Of a stretch of DNA of 52,239 bases, positions 24,320 through 37,200 are shown piece after piece. This DNA is from Girardia tigrina (Eukaryota). Each line of letters starts with the position of its first letter. The first letter of the stretch is position 1. The DNA lies in assembly GCA_001938485.1 (NCBI GenBank), contig MQRK01226661.1, positions 1 through 52,239 of the forward strand, read 5' to 3'. The notes beneath the pieces were generated by a model that searched no databases, was not told where the DNA came from, and saw only the letters and a list, made by a program, of their open reading frames with translations. The translations under genes and the position numbers were made by a program.

Positions 24320-24700
24320 ATGACTAGCTTCGCAAGTTTTGTTGAGAATTGTCCTAGTGGCAATTCAAGTTGTGATACCAATAAAGACATTGAAAATTCA
24401 ATTAGTGTTCTTAATACAAAGTTTGAACGATCCAATTAGATTTTGGATTCACAACCGAACAATGACTAAGAAAAAAATTGAAAATGGCAAAACGAATGAT
24501 TATTACCGATTTCAGTTGACACATTTCTTGAGAAGTTTAGCTATCGAGATTCGAAATCAATCTTCTATTAAGACTCTGATAATCAAAAATAAATATTTTT
24601 GAATCACTATCGCATGAAATTTGTCATGTTTTTGGTCTCTTCATTGATTCTGATGACCGAGATGGAAGTCCCGGAATGACCTCTTCATATGGTAAGATAA
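24320..24700 (+). pseudogene. Degraded zinc metalloprotease (metzincin, possibly M43/pappalysin-like)
   Basis: ESLSHEICHVFGL at 24601-24639; a one-base shift restores HExxHxxGxxH. Upstream IENSISVLNTKF / PIRFWIHN resembles the M43 'I..LN..F...I.F' segment. Confidence 0.45.
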
Positions 24701-27039
24701 AGATTATGGTCCCTTGAGTCTTTTACACACTGCCTCTACTATCAGTCTCTTACATCTTCATTCATTATCAGTATTCAGCAATATAGCTAAATTGAATTCA
24801 AATTCAAGTGTTACTTGACTTTTGACTTTTTTTTTGACTTCCAGAGCCAAAGTTTTAATAGAATTGACTTGAAACACATTTGCATTATGTATTTATCCTG
24901 TTTCGGAATAAGTTTAGGTACAATAAAACACAATTTGATAAATTATCAATAGCACTCTTTTATTTGAAAATAGTCTTTAATTTCTTTATAACAAATAGTG
25001 ATTTTATTTGACAAAATTATCGACACAATTTTATTTTATATTAAACATTATTATCATTGGTTTTTGGGTTAAAATATTCAGTTTCCATGAAAATCTCAAT
25101 CTACTTTTATTTTTATGCTCTTGCTCAGCGCATATTTTAAGAAATATTCACTGGTGGGTACAAGTAATCTGGAAATGGTTATGTACCGAAATACAGTAAC
25201 TGATCAATTTTAATTAAAAATTGGTTATTCTCATCAAGTTTCGTATAAGGTAAAACTTCCGATCCACAATGGGTTAAAAATATTTTAATACTTTATTCTA
25301 TATGAAAATTTTTCTTGAACAAAATTTCGATTTCATATTTCCATTCACATGTGATTTTCAAAAGGTTTATATTTTTAAAATAATATACCTAATTAAAATT
25401 CCACTAGTTAATAATTCTTTCCGAATTCTTCGCATTTCAATAAAAAGAAAAGAATCTGAAAAATCAACCGTAATTTTGTATCAAAATTCATCTGTAATTC
25501 CAAAAAAAAGAACAAACAAATTGCATAATCACAAAAAACAACCAAATAAAATCCGGATTAGTGAATTCTCCATTTTAATCAAGTTACCCTAGAAAAGAGA
25601 TAATATTCTTAATCTAACGAAATTGATAATTTTGATTTATAATCTAACACACTGGCATTATGTATCAAAATTATTCCAAATAAAGAAAAATCTTCAATCA
25701 ATAAAAAACGATTATAACAATTTCAAACCAGAGTAATTCGTGAATTATGTAAAAATTTAATGGATACAAAAATTAACTGTCCAATTTTAAGATCAATTTT
25801 CTATCATTATTAATCAACTGATAGTTTTTAATAAATTTAGTCAAAGTAAAAGTAGTTTGATAATACAGAAAGTTGTACTGGTTAATAGACAATTCTGTAA
25901 ATTATGCTAAATGAAATATTTGTACTTGACCCAATTAATTATTTCTATTAATAATGTGTCTGTTAGTTTGTATGTATAAAATTATATTATTATGATTCGA
26001 TAATTTCTATTGGTTGAATTCTATATACGAGTCATTAAACGTTCTCAGTTTTTTTTCGAACATTGTTCTTCTATAAATTACTTCATTTTCTACTAACTGG
26101 CACCTTTTTGTCGCAGAACACTTTCTATTGTTTTCCGAAATATGCAAGACAAACAAAACGAAGCCCGCCAACAGAAAGCCAGTAAAAGAATCCGTACGAA
26201 AAGTTGTAATGTAAAATTTTACTTTTAATAATAAAACAAAAAACAAACGGTTTTGTTTGCTAAATGAAAGAAAAACATTTTTTGTTGTTTTTTTTCAGAA
26301 AAAAATTCCATCGTCAAATTGCGAAAATAAAGATTCGACTTCGAAGAAAATGAAATCAACTTCTCCGGAACTCCATCATCAAACTGTTATAAATTTTTAT
26401 GATCATATTAAATTAAAAAGGTGAGGGTTCGAATACTTGATATTTTTATCATTAATATTTGTCACAAGTTTATGATTGAAATTTTTATTCTATACAAAAA
26501 AATATATAATAAATAGAACATTATAAATAATACAATATATAATATAAAATATACTAAAATAATTTTTGTAGAATGAAATTTGTTGGCATGATTACAATAA
26601 ATTTATATAGTTATAATTTAACAATGACTTAACATTTTATTACTCACTTTTCTTTCGTTTTACATATTTTTGCTATTGCATATATCACTAAAAAAATAAT
26701 TAAGATTACATGATAATTTGTTTTAATAATCAGTATTTTAGGAAAAATGTAAAAGACAGAAATTAGATCTATTATGAATTATGAGTTCCTTTGTGACCCT
26801 CAGCATCAAAAACCACGCGAGACATTATTAGTGTATTCGGATACAATGCTATTACGCAATAGGCAGTCCCGAATTGATTCAAGAAATTCGTGAAAGGTAT
26901 TTTTAGTCTCAATAAGGAGTCTGAGGGTCGTCAAGAAACGCAGATAGACTATGACGAACTGAATGTAACCATAGATTCGGATCAATCACATAGTGCTCAT
27001 AATTTATCAGTTTTCTTTTTCATAATTTATTAGTGAAAA

Positions 27040-27500
27040 GGTTGAATAAGTGGATTTTGCTTGCGATATGCGATCGAGTGTTAATCGTGGATTAGTAGAA
27101 TCCCTTTTCTATTTGCATACAGAGCTCAGGTTTCTATCAATTTGTGGTGAACTATAGTAAACTAAATACAATATACACCAGCAGAAATTGTATGGTCTCG
27201 GGAAAGACAATTCACATGGACAATGGCCCGTGAATTTCACCACGCTCACACCATAATCATTCTCGCAATTGTTCTTATAACTACCATGTACTAATTCTTG
27301 TAACTTGATTTTCAGATATTACCATAAGTAACCAATATGTGTGAAAGCCATTGTTAAATCCTTGGTGTAAAACCAATAGCATGAAAATATTTCGTGTTGC
27401 TCAAGTCATCCAATTTTAATACTTTCCAAATTTAATTACATGTATCACGTGGATTTTCTTCGTCTTCAAATGCCAATGGACCCACTGAGCGTGATTCATC
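27040..27500 (-). mobile_element. Highly degraded mariner transposase
   Basis: RMIMV*AW*NSRAIVHVNCLSRDHTISAGVYC ... ANRKGILLIHD. Confidence 0.7.
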
Positions 27501-28229
27501 TTCATGGTTTTTTTTTAGATTTAAAGTTACTATAGCAAAAATCTATAACTTGATCTGTTACAGTCTTCATTAAAACCATTTCAGTTTTCCTTTCAGCTTG
27601 GAATGTCTTAAAACTATTTTGTATTCATAAAGTAAAACTGTACGAATTTGAAAAATTTAATTCACTATTTGAAGTGAAACACAATCAATTATGAAATTGC
27701 TATTTAATTTGAACCTTTTACTCTAAAACAAGCAAAGTAAAAGCTTTCAAAAACTAATTAAAGTTTACAACAAATTAGTATAACTCCTTATAATTTCATA
27801 ACACAAAAACCGTTAATTACTTTTTCGGTACATAATATTTTGGTCAAAATAGAAAAAAATAAAGAACATCTAGTTTTAATTTCTTTTTTTCATTGTCTCT
27901 ATTATGATATTTATTGATAATGAAACTGATATTAATCAATATTAATATTCAATTTTTTTATGAATTGAGATTTCAATTCTTTCTCAAAAGTTGTTAAAGA
28001 AAAGTTAAAAATTAAACAAATTGAAATAAAATTTTTTATCAAAAAAATAAATTTTAAATGAAAATTCCTTTCTCATTTTAAATGATTATTGTTCAGTTGA
28101 ATATTTAATACCATTTTCTAAATTATAGAAAATGTTAATACTTTCAAAATTTAATAAAAATACAAAATGTAAAATTTTTTAAATTAAATAAATTTTCTTT
28201 TTTTTATTTTAAATGTTTTTTCGCATATA

Positions 28230-28470
28230 CAGTAGATTTCGCTTATAGAGAACTTGCTTAAAGAGAATAAAATCGGTTAAAGAGAACTTTTTGGTAAAAA
28301 AAAAAAAATCACATCAAAATCACATCAAAATAAATGTGTTGATTAGTAAAGTTTTTTTTGATATTTTTTTAAAAATTATCCTTATAAAAAGTATCTGTTA
28401 AAGAGAAATATCGGTTATAGAGAACATTTTTTCAAGTCCCTAAAATATTCTCTTTAAGCGGTATCTACTG
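28230..28470. mobile_element. Tigger/pogo-type MITE (241 bp)
   Basis: 23-bp TIRs CAGTAGATTTCGCTTATAGAGAA / TTCTCTTTAAGCGGTATCTACTG, TA target duplication, internal TTA(A/T)AGAGAA repeats. Confidence 0.9.
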
Positions 28471-29510
28471 TATATATATATATATATATATAAAATGTCG
28501 ATTATATATAATTTGAAATTTTAAATATGTAAATTTCTATGAATAACTTTTTTGAAAATTGACAAATTATCAACAACACTCTTACAATTATGATAATAAT
28601 TTTGAATTTAAACATTATTACATTATTGATGTTTTGGATCAGAATACTTTGAAAAGATTTTCCTTTTTATTCATACTTTTAAAACAATTAATATCCGTAA
28701 CTTTATGTGATTAACTATTTTTAATTATGTATGTTTATGAATTCTGATTAATTTGATTTCAGACATACGTAATGATTTGTCTCTCAAAAACAATGTTGAA
28801 ACATTTGTTTTAAGTATAGTCAATAATAAAAGGTTATATTTATTACCTAACAGTGGACAAGACTAAAATCATAAAAATCGTTTGAATTCAAAAGATTTTG
28901 AGAAAATTATAAAAAACACTTAAAGCTATACACATCCTACTTCGTTGATAAAGCATTACAAGTTTCGTATGTCTTTAAATTTTGGTATTTGATACTGTTA
29001 CAGATCCAGTGACTACAGTACACAAAAATGTATATTCATGACATGTAAAATGTTACATTAATTTTGCATATAGTCTCTTATTTTGTAAATTAGCTAAAAT
29101 AATTCATTTCAATTAAATTCTAAAATATAAACTCATATACAACCCGCGGATGATTTTATTGAAAATTTTATTTCTCCTCTGGAATTGAAATTAAATCTTT
29201 ATTATTTGAAATTATCATTTATTTTGTATTACGTGAGAGTGAAATCGATACTGGAGAGAACACGAAATATTTAAATAATTAACCATTCGATAATCCATAT
29301 TTCTGTACGAGTTGTTTGTAATTTAAAATATTATTTTTTTTGAATTTTCTTGTCAATTGAATCAGAGTTTTTTGGCGCCAATTTATTCAAGCATACATTA
29401 AATATAAATTTCAAATTTTCTTTTCTAAACAATTTATTTTTATTTTAAACCACTGTAAAAATGAATACAAAAAAATACGAAAACTTTTAAATTGATTTTT
29501 TATATTTATA

Positions 29511-31357
29511 GAGTCCGTAAAAAGTAACCGTAACACCGATAGAAAACATAATTTCCAACATAAATGAACATTTTACGCTAAACTATGACTTTTATTAGTG
29601 TTATGTATGATAATATACTTGTGAATCAAGTAATAAAATAAACTATGATTTTTGATGACATGTGATACACGGATTCGATATTCTAGTAATAATTTTATTG
29701 ATTATATCTATGTCTTTAGCCATCCACACTCCTTTCCATGGATATCTTCTATTTCCAAACGATCATTTAGTACTGACAAAGCGTTTTCTATAGGGTTGAG
29801 GTCATGACTTTGAGATGGCCATAGTTTGACTTTTACTTCAAACAATTGACGTGTAAGTCTGCTCTTATATCCGGGTGCAGTGTCCCGCTGAAAAATGAAG
29901 CCAGGATGATACTGTTTAATCGGAAGAACTCTGTTGTGTAGAATTGAGCAATATTATTGTGAAGGATAATTTGGAATGTTGTAAGTTTGTTGTTTGTATG
30001 CTGTTTAGATTTGTGACTCTCCTACTCAGATGGGATTGATATGTTTATTGATTGATTATTTGAATCTAATGAAATTAATTTAATGATATTAATTTTAAGT
30101 ACTAATTAATTAAAGTTTGATAATTATGAATTTTAATAATATTTTCTGTAAATGATTTTAACTTATTAAATGTAACATATTTTAAAAATTAATGTTTATT
30201 TAAAAAATTATGTAATGACTTTTATCCAATAAAAATTATGAGAAATTAAAATTTATTATTAATCTTTCCCATTTGTTGATTTTTAGATTTGAATATATTA
30301 ATCAAAAACTATATTAATCAAAGAAAGATGACCACTGAAAATTATTGTGAATAATCTGTTTGTGTTGTAAATAAATGTTTGCATTCAAATTGTGATGTTG
30401 TTAATAATTATGAAGTGTTCAGCGACTGTACGACTCGTCGAAGCTACACAATTCTAGCATGACTAAAATCAATCCACACCATTACATGAGCTTCACCTGA
30501 TTGAACAGTAGGTCCTTCTGTCACTATGTTTAAGCTAGAATGACTGGATGAAGAGTGATTACGTTAGAAGTGTCTCAGCGTGCTTTGGATTAGGTAAAGT
30601 GGAATTTCGTCGCTGAAGGATAAATTATTCCAGTCAGCAATGGAATCCTGACAAGCCCAATGAAAAAGTTTTCAATGATTAATCAATTAAAGCGCATTTT
30701 TTTCTATTAGACATATGATTTTACACCACTTGAACAAAGTTTCGTCTCTACTACGCGATTTGAAATTCTTTCCTATCAATTATTCCCTTCGGCATTTTAA
30801 TTCACGACTTCCAGGTTATGGGACCTGATAACATCTATCACAAGACTTATGTCATCACGTATTGTTGTCGTTTGGGTCCTTCATTTACGACTCTTGTCAT
30901 CCACACATCCAATTGTGTGATGCTTCTTAATCAGATCACTTCTTGTGGTTGGTCGTACATTTAACTTCATTGCTAAGTTAAAATAAGACCATTCTTCTTC
31001 GACTAAGATCACGATTTGACTTAATTTATGCATGACAAATAATGAATTGGCAATGCAGAACTCCAAGAAACGTTGCTAAAAATAGAATTTTACATTTAAC
31101 GTCAGTTTATTCTATCATAAGATTGGACAATACACATAACAATTTCTATACTGTGAAATATCATCCAAGCATTACATATATTGACATAACGCACACGAAT
31201 AAAACATTGTATATGTGTTTGGGTTGCTTCATAATTAGATCACTAATTGTGGCTGGTCGTACATTGAACATCATTGAAAAGTAAGTGTTGTATCAAATTT
31301 CTATATATGTTGAAAAAACTGTTTTCTATCGGTGTTACGGTTACTCTTATTGGCCTG
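29511..31357 (-). mobile_element. Tc1-like (DD34E-type) transposon with both TIRs, degraded and interrupted
   Basis: TIR core gtaaccgtaacaccgatagaaaac at both ends, TA-flanked. HTH ORF 30881-31066; WNNLSFSDE; FIFQRDTAP...WPSQSHDLNPIEN. Confidence 0.9.
29965..30410. mobile_element. Unclassified ~446-bp AT-rich insertion inside the Tc1 transposase
   Basis: It splits the transposase homology and is flanked by TGAAG on both sides (29960-29964, 30411-30415). Confidence 0.55.
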
Positions 31358-32089
31358 TATATTAGTAATACATGTATAAGTTTCATGGTTTTAATCACGA
31401 GATTAGCCCTCTTCCATAACCCTAACTAGTAATAATGTAATAAAAAGGTATATTAATAATTAGTTTTTAATTAATTCGTTGGAATACTTTGTTAAGATAA
31501 GGGCTGCAGATAAATGGTTCACTAAAACTGAATTTTATTTAATATGTAAATTTTATATTCTACTGCAGAAATTGGAAGAATATAGAATCATCAATGGATC
31601 ACTGGCTTCAAAATGAATCTTTTTCAATGAATGGGAAAATTCTTGACCAGAAAGAAACGAACGAACGTTTTCAGGAAGATGGTGCAGATCAAAAAGAAGA
31701 GCAAGTTTATTAAATCCTCCCAGACAGTTGAAAATGGTAAAGTGTAATAAAGTGCCAAAAAACGGAAATAAACTAAAAAGAGTGGTGAAAAAATAAGATT
31801 AAAAATATTTTCAACATATATGGGTTCACTTGCACAGACGGTTAAACAAGCCATTTTATTCTATGAATCTTTTAATTAAATATATGAAATTTTTAGAATG
31901 AAGATGTTATACACAGAAAACACATAGGGTTATACAAAACAAATTACGAGATTATTTCCTTTATAAGTTGACTACATTGAAAAACGCTAAACAAAATTAT
32001 TAAAAAGGATGCAGATGGCAATGGGAAAACCTTTGAAGGATCTTACATGTTTAGTAATCGTATTACAAAAGCTGGTAATCTACACACCA

Positions 32090-32510
32090 GTAGAAAAGAG
32101 TTAATATTACTTGTCCAGACTAATGTTCTCTTGTATGTCAAATACACTTAGAACGAGAGCATGTTAGGATCACTACTTTTTGTCGTCTATTTCCATCAGC
32201 CACAGCCACATAATGTTGGATGAATTATCCTCACTCTTCAATAAGAGTAAAATACATCAGGAAAAATATACTGGAATATACACTGATGGTACTAGTACCA
32301 ATAAACTCTGAGCTGATTGCTAAAGTGAAACGATTTGCACCAGATTTTGTTGGAATCAACTGCGTCTTCTATTGAGCAGTTTTAGCAAGACATTAATTAC
32401 TACCATGATTCAAGAATGACTTGGACATTACAATGAATGTTGTGAATTGCATGAAGGCTCATCCGACTCAATCCGGAATATTTCATATCATTTGCGAGAG
32501 AAAGGACTCA
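32090..32510 (+). mobile_element. hAT (Charlie/ZBED5-8/FAM200-like) transposase fragment
   Basis: TGIYTDGTS...LIAKVKRFAPDFVGINCVFY*AVLA...VVNCMKAHPTQSGIFHIICE. Confidence 0.75.
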
Positions 32511-32894
32511 CTTACAATTAAGGAAACGCATTTGTAAAGAAACAGGCACACCCAATACTTGAATTATATCTGACATTCCAACCCCTAGTGATTACCATTT
32601 CTATTTTAGTATTAGTATACAATTAGTTCAAATTTTAGAGATTTGGTTGTTTGTTTGAATAAAAGTTGTCTATTTCTTTTGTCTGAGAACAATTAAAAAA
32701 GAAACAATAGACCCAAGGAAATAGTAATCATATAAAATTACTTTTCAAACAGCTGATTGTCTACATTCATAAAAAGTTTAATGGCCACTCAACCTTTTTG
32801 TTAATAAGATACACCTTGGTTGGAATGAATCAAAGAAAGAAATAGGAGTAATACAAAAATGTAGGTTTTCAAAATTTCCCAATTTTATTGAAAT

Positions 32895-34203
32895 TAGGGA
32901 TGTGACGGAATCCGGCTCAAATCCGGCCGGAGCCGGTTTTCGGGCCTTTTTACAAATCCGGCTTCGGCTCCAGCTCCGGCTATAATTTGGCCGGTTTTGT
33001 GCCGGATTTTGTAAGGGTATACAGATGTACAAATAAAAAAACGGAAAATTCGAAATTCCCGAACAATATTATTTGCAAGATATCTACTTTTAAATTATAA
33101 GTAGTTTATATAAATTTATAAAAATTAAAAATTTTTATGTTTTAAAAACTTTGTTGACAAAGTAGAGTTCTGTCTGCACAAAGAATGGTTATAAAAAATT
33201 TAATTTTTTCGTTTACTAGTTCTAATATTTACTGGAATTTTAGTTTTCTCTAAATTTTACTTCAATTTTTTGAGTCATAAGACATCTACATATATTTCCT
33301 AAATTTAGTCAACGTTAATAAAGAAATAAAAAATTCAGGTACATCGATTAATTTTTTTCAATAAACCTTATTGTATTTCAAAGAAGAACAATTGAATTTT
33401 TAAATCGTAAATTGCATTTTGTCCAATATTACGACTGTAAGTGCCAGTGTACTACTGTCTTTTAATACTATAACGAATTTTCATTCAACAAGTTCTACGT
33501 TGATTTCCTCCTCTAACACCACATCAACGGAGTCTCTTAAACCACCAACTAAGAAATCACGAGTAGAGAGCTCTATACTTTGGGACTGTGTTGATGAGAT
33601 CGTCCAGTCAACACCCACTGAGCAACAGCACATATCTGCAGGCATCGAGTTAGAATTATATCAGTACCTGTTTAAACCCGTGGTCTCAAGGACAGAAGAT
33701 CCACTGAAATGGTGGAAATAAAATAAAGAGAGATTTTCTAGTTTAGTTAAAATAGCTCAAATGTACCTTGGATCAACTCCGACTAGTGTACCATCTGAAC
33801 GATTATTTAATATACAGGGGAAGTAATAAGTGATTACTGGAGTACACTCTTTCCAGAAAATGCTTCAAGACTACTTTTTTTGAATTACAATTTTGATTTA
33901 ATAAAAAATTTAAAAAATATTTTTTTTTCATTTATTTTTGTATTTATATGTTTATTTATTCAAATTTAAATAAAATATTTCAAATAATTATTAGTAGTTA
34001 TTTATTATTTGCAATTCATTTTTCTAATTGGTACAATTTTCGGCAATTCTTAAAATTTTTCTTTAATTTAGCATAAGTAGCTATTTACTTAAACTCGTCA
34101 CAAATCCGGTTCCGGCTTCGGCCGGAGCCGGATTTTATTTTCTTAAAACCGGTCAAATCCAGCGCCGGCCGGATTTCAAAAAATCAAATCCGGTACATCC
34201 CTA
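32895..34203 (+). mobile_element. Non-autonomous hAT element with TIRs and 8-bp TSD
   Basis: TIRs TAGGGATGT/ACATCCCTA; TSD ATTGAAAT/ATTGGAAT; subterminal CCGG repeats; internal dimerisation domain ELELY...DPLKWWK*...TPTSVPSERLF. Confidence 0.92.
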
Positions 34204-34225
34204 ATTGGAATTCAATCTTACTTAA

Positions 34226-34296
34226 CACGTTCGCAGATACACGAAAACGTCAGCATAAGTTCTTAGACGGCTATAACCGTTTCGTCCGCGAACGTG
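34226..34296. mobile_element. 71-bp piggyBac-like mini-element
   Basis: TTAA|CACGTTCGC ... GCGAACGTG|TTCA. Confidence 0.5.
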
Positions 34297-37200
34297 TTCA
34301 ATACATGATATTAAGATAATTTTGTTTAGCGCGTTCTAGATAAATAATTAAGTTAGTTTTTGAATCACAAACTGAAACAAGACGAAAAAGGTTGTTTTCC
34401 ATTAATAATTCTCAGAAAAAAAGCTTTCTAGAAACACCTCAACCTATTTCGATGAAGAATCGATATCCAAAAATTCCATTGCTTTAAGAATAGTAGAGTA
34501 TTATAAACTTTTTTCAGCTCAGCAATATACGTTTTGATATATAATGTCAACAATGAAAATGATGTCACGAACATTTGGCGATAAAATTTGTATATAGAAA
34601 CAGAATTGTGTTTTGGCAAGACAATGTTGAACTGTATGAACATCCAAACTAGTCCCTGATTTTTAGCAATCAATGTTCTAAATAAATCTGCGTGATAAGT
34701 TGTTTTAGTAAATAAGAATTTAAATTAGGAAATTATTGACAACATCCAACACTGTTGTAATTTAATACAATTGGGTTATCAACTTTGGAAGTCTTGGTAA
34801 TATTTTGAATTGAAAAATCTTTAAAAACTACCAAAGAAAAAGCTATTTTTTAGAATGTTTTTAGTCTTATAAAGTTAAATATTTTAAGATAATATGGCAA
34901 TATATTTAATCATAAATATTTTTTAAAAAAATTTTCAACTGAGTAAAATCAAAAGAATTAAGATAATTAAATTTTTTTTAATAATTAATATTTAATTATG
35001 TATTTAAATTCAATTTTAAAATTATTCATGTTAAATTAAAAATTTTGATTTTAATTATTTTCAAATTGATTTTTGCTCATCTCAATTTAAATATGAAATA
35101 ATGTTCAAATCTATTTTAGAAAATGTATTTGAAGTGAAGTATAAAACGTCGATGAAAATGATTTGTAATCACTTTGAAATTTTAATCAGAAATGGAAAAT
35201 ATTATTATTCGGAATTATTTATAATATTAAAAAAATCATTATTCAGAGTTATAACATCTCGTTTATATTTTTAATGCCTCGTGCGAATTATTTTGCCAAT
35301 AAATAGCTGTTACTAAAATTAAAATTGATAAAGCCTTCATTGTCTAGTCTAATAAACAAAAATGTTTTCGAACATATAATAACATAATTCTTGTACATTA
35401 TTAATAATATGCGTTTAAACGATTTAATCTTTTATTCATAAATTTCGGACAATTGAGTATCATAAATTTGATTGATTACTTTTATATTTGTATTTTAAAA
35501 TATCTTAAATCACGTTTATTGCAAGAATTTATAATAATAATAATTATGTAAAAATTTAATAATTTTTATTCTAGGATTTATGATATAAAATAATCATAAT
35601 ATTTTACAATACCATCATTAAAAAAAGTTACATCGAGTTCAAATCTAATAACCTCAAATGACATTATATAAAAATTTGTTTTAATCATGAAAGGCAACAT
35701 TATGAAATTAAGTATATGTATTATTATTTATATAATTTAAAATAATTTTAATTATTTATAATTTAAATAATTTTAAAAAATATGTATTATTAAAATAATT
35801 TAAATAATTCAGGTTAATATTTCAAATTGAATTAATCCATTAAATACCGTATTTATTTTTTGAAATATTTTAACTTATATCTATAAATTTGTACTAAAAA
35901 CATTTAAAAGTAAGTTTTTTAGACAATAGAAGCAAAATATCAACAAAAAACATTTTTTTACAATACTCAATTGGGGATCATGGGAGGAAAAATAAAAAAT
36001 ACTAACAAAAACTAAAAATACCCGAATGGGGCTTGTGGCGCCAAATGAGTAAATACATGCTAAGTTCAAGTAATTGAAAAAAAGTTTCTTAGAATTCAAT
36101 TGACTTAATAATTATTTCTAACCTTTCAAAACAATTGATAAACTAAAACATTTATGGGTATTGTTATGTGTATTCAGCAACTAATAATTATATTATTTAC
36201 ACAAAAAAATAAAACATAAAATAATGTAATACAAACGCCTTAAATATGATAATTATTGTTGGTATTCTAATTATCCATAAAAGTCTTATTGAATGTTGAT
36301 ATTTTTCCCGACAAGGGTTCTTGAAAGGTTGTAATGTCATCAACTTGAAAATTGTTTACAGTAAATTTATGAGCATCTTGAATAAGTTAATTTAACATTT
36401 CAAAGTTTGTTTTGATAATAATTCTTACAAGCAAGTTAACCTAACAATGTAATAATTTTGATTTTTAGTTAATTTATTTTGTAAACATTGAATGAAAAAT
36501 ATCGAGTGCACTTTGTTTTTAATAATTTATATTAAGAGGAAATGAAACAAAACATCGTAAATACATCAATTCTAAACTAAATTTTCAATGTTACAAACGA
36601 AATAACGATCAAATTATCCAATTGTTGGACAACTTATCTCGAATGTCGCACCATTGTCTGAGTATACTTAATGGGCTGTCGACAAAGCACACGAATTATA
36701 ATGATATAAATGTATAAGAATTTATTTTACAAATGATTACATTAAGGTAGAGAATCTTGCTCGTTGATTATTAACAGAACCCATTTCAAGACAATGAGTC
36801 ATCTTAAATTGCATAGAAGTTTCTCATTAATTTTCTGTATAAAATTGTTACATCTTATCAATTATGCATTTGTATATTTTACGATGATGCAAAAGTAAAC
36901 TATTTTCTAATTATTATTAATTATTATGGATAAAATGGATATTATATTTTAAATAATAATTTTGAAATTTTATTCATATTCAATCGATACAATGGAACGT
37001 ACAAAATTCATTTTACAATTAAAACTTATTACTGGAAATTACGATTGTGATTTTCATCCTTTGTCTCATTCGTATGTTCACGTGACCCTAGTGAGCCTCA
37101 TATCATATGTTTCATGTAGCCACATCGATAACCAATCAATAGAAAGTTATAACTTAATAGTTTAATTGTTTTAATATATTTTTTTAAAATATCAATGTTT

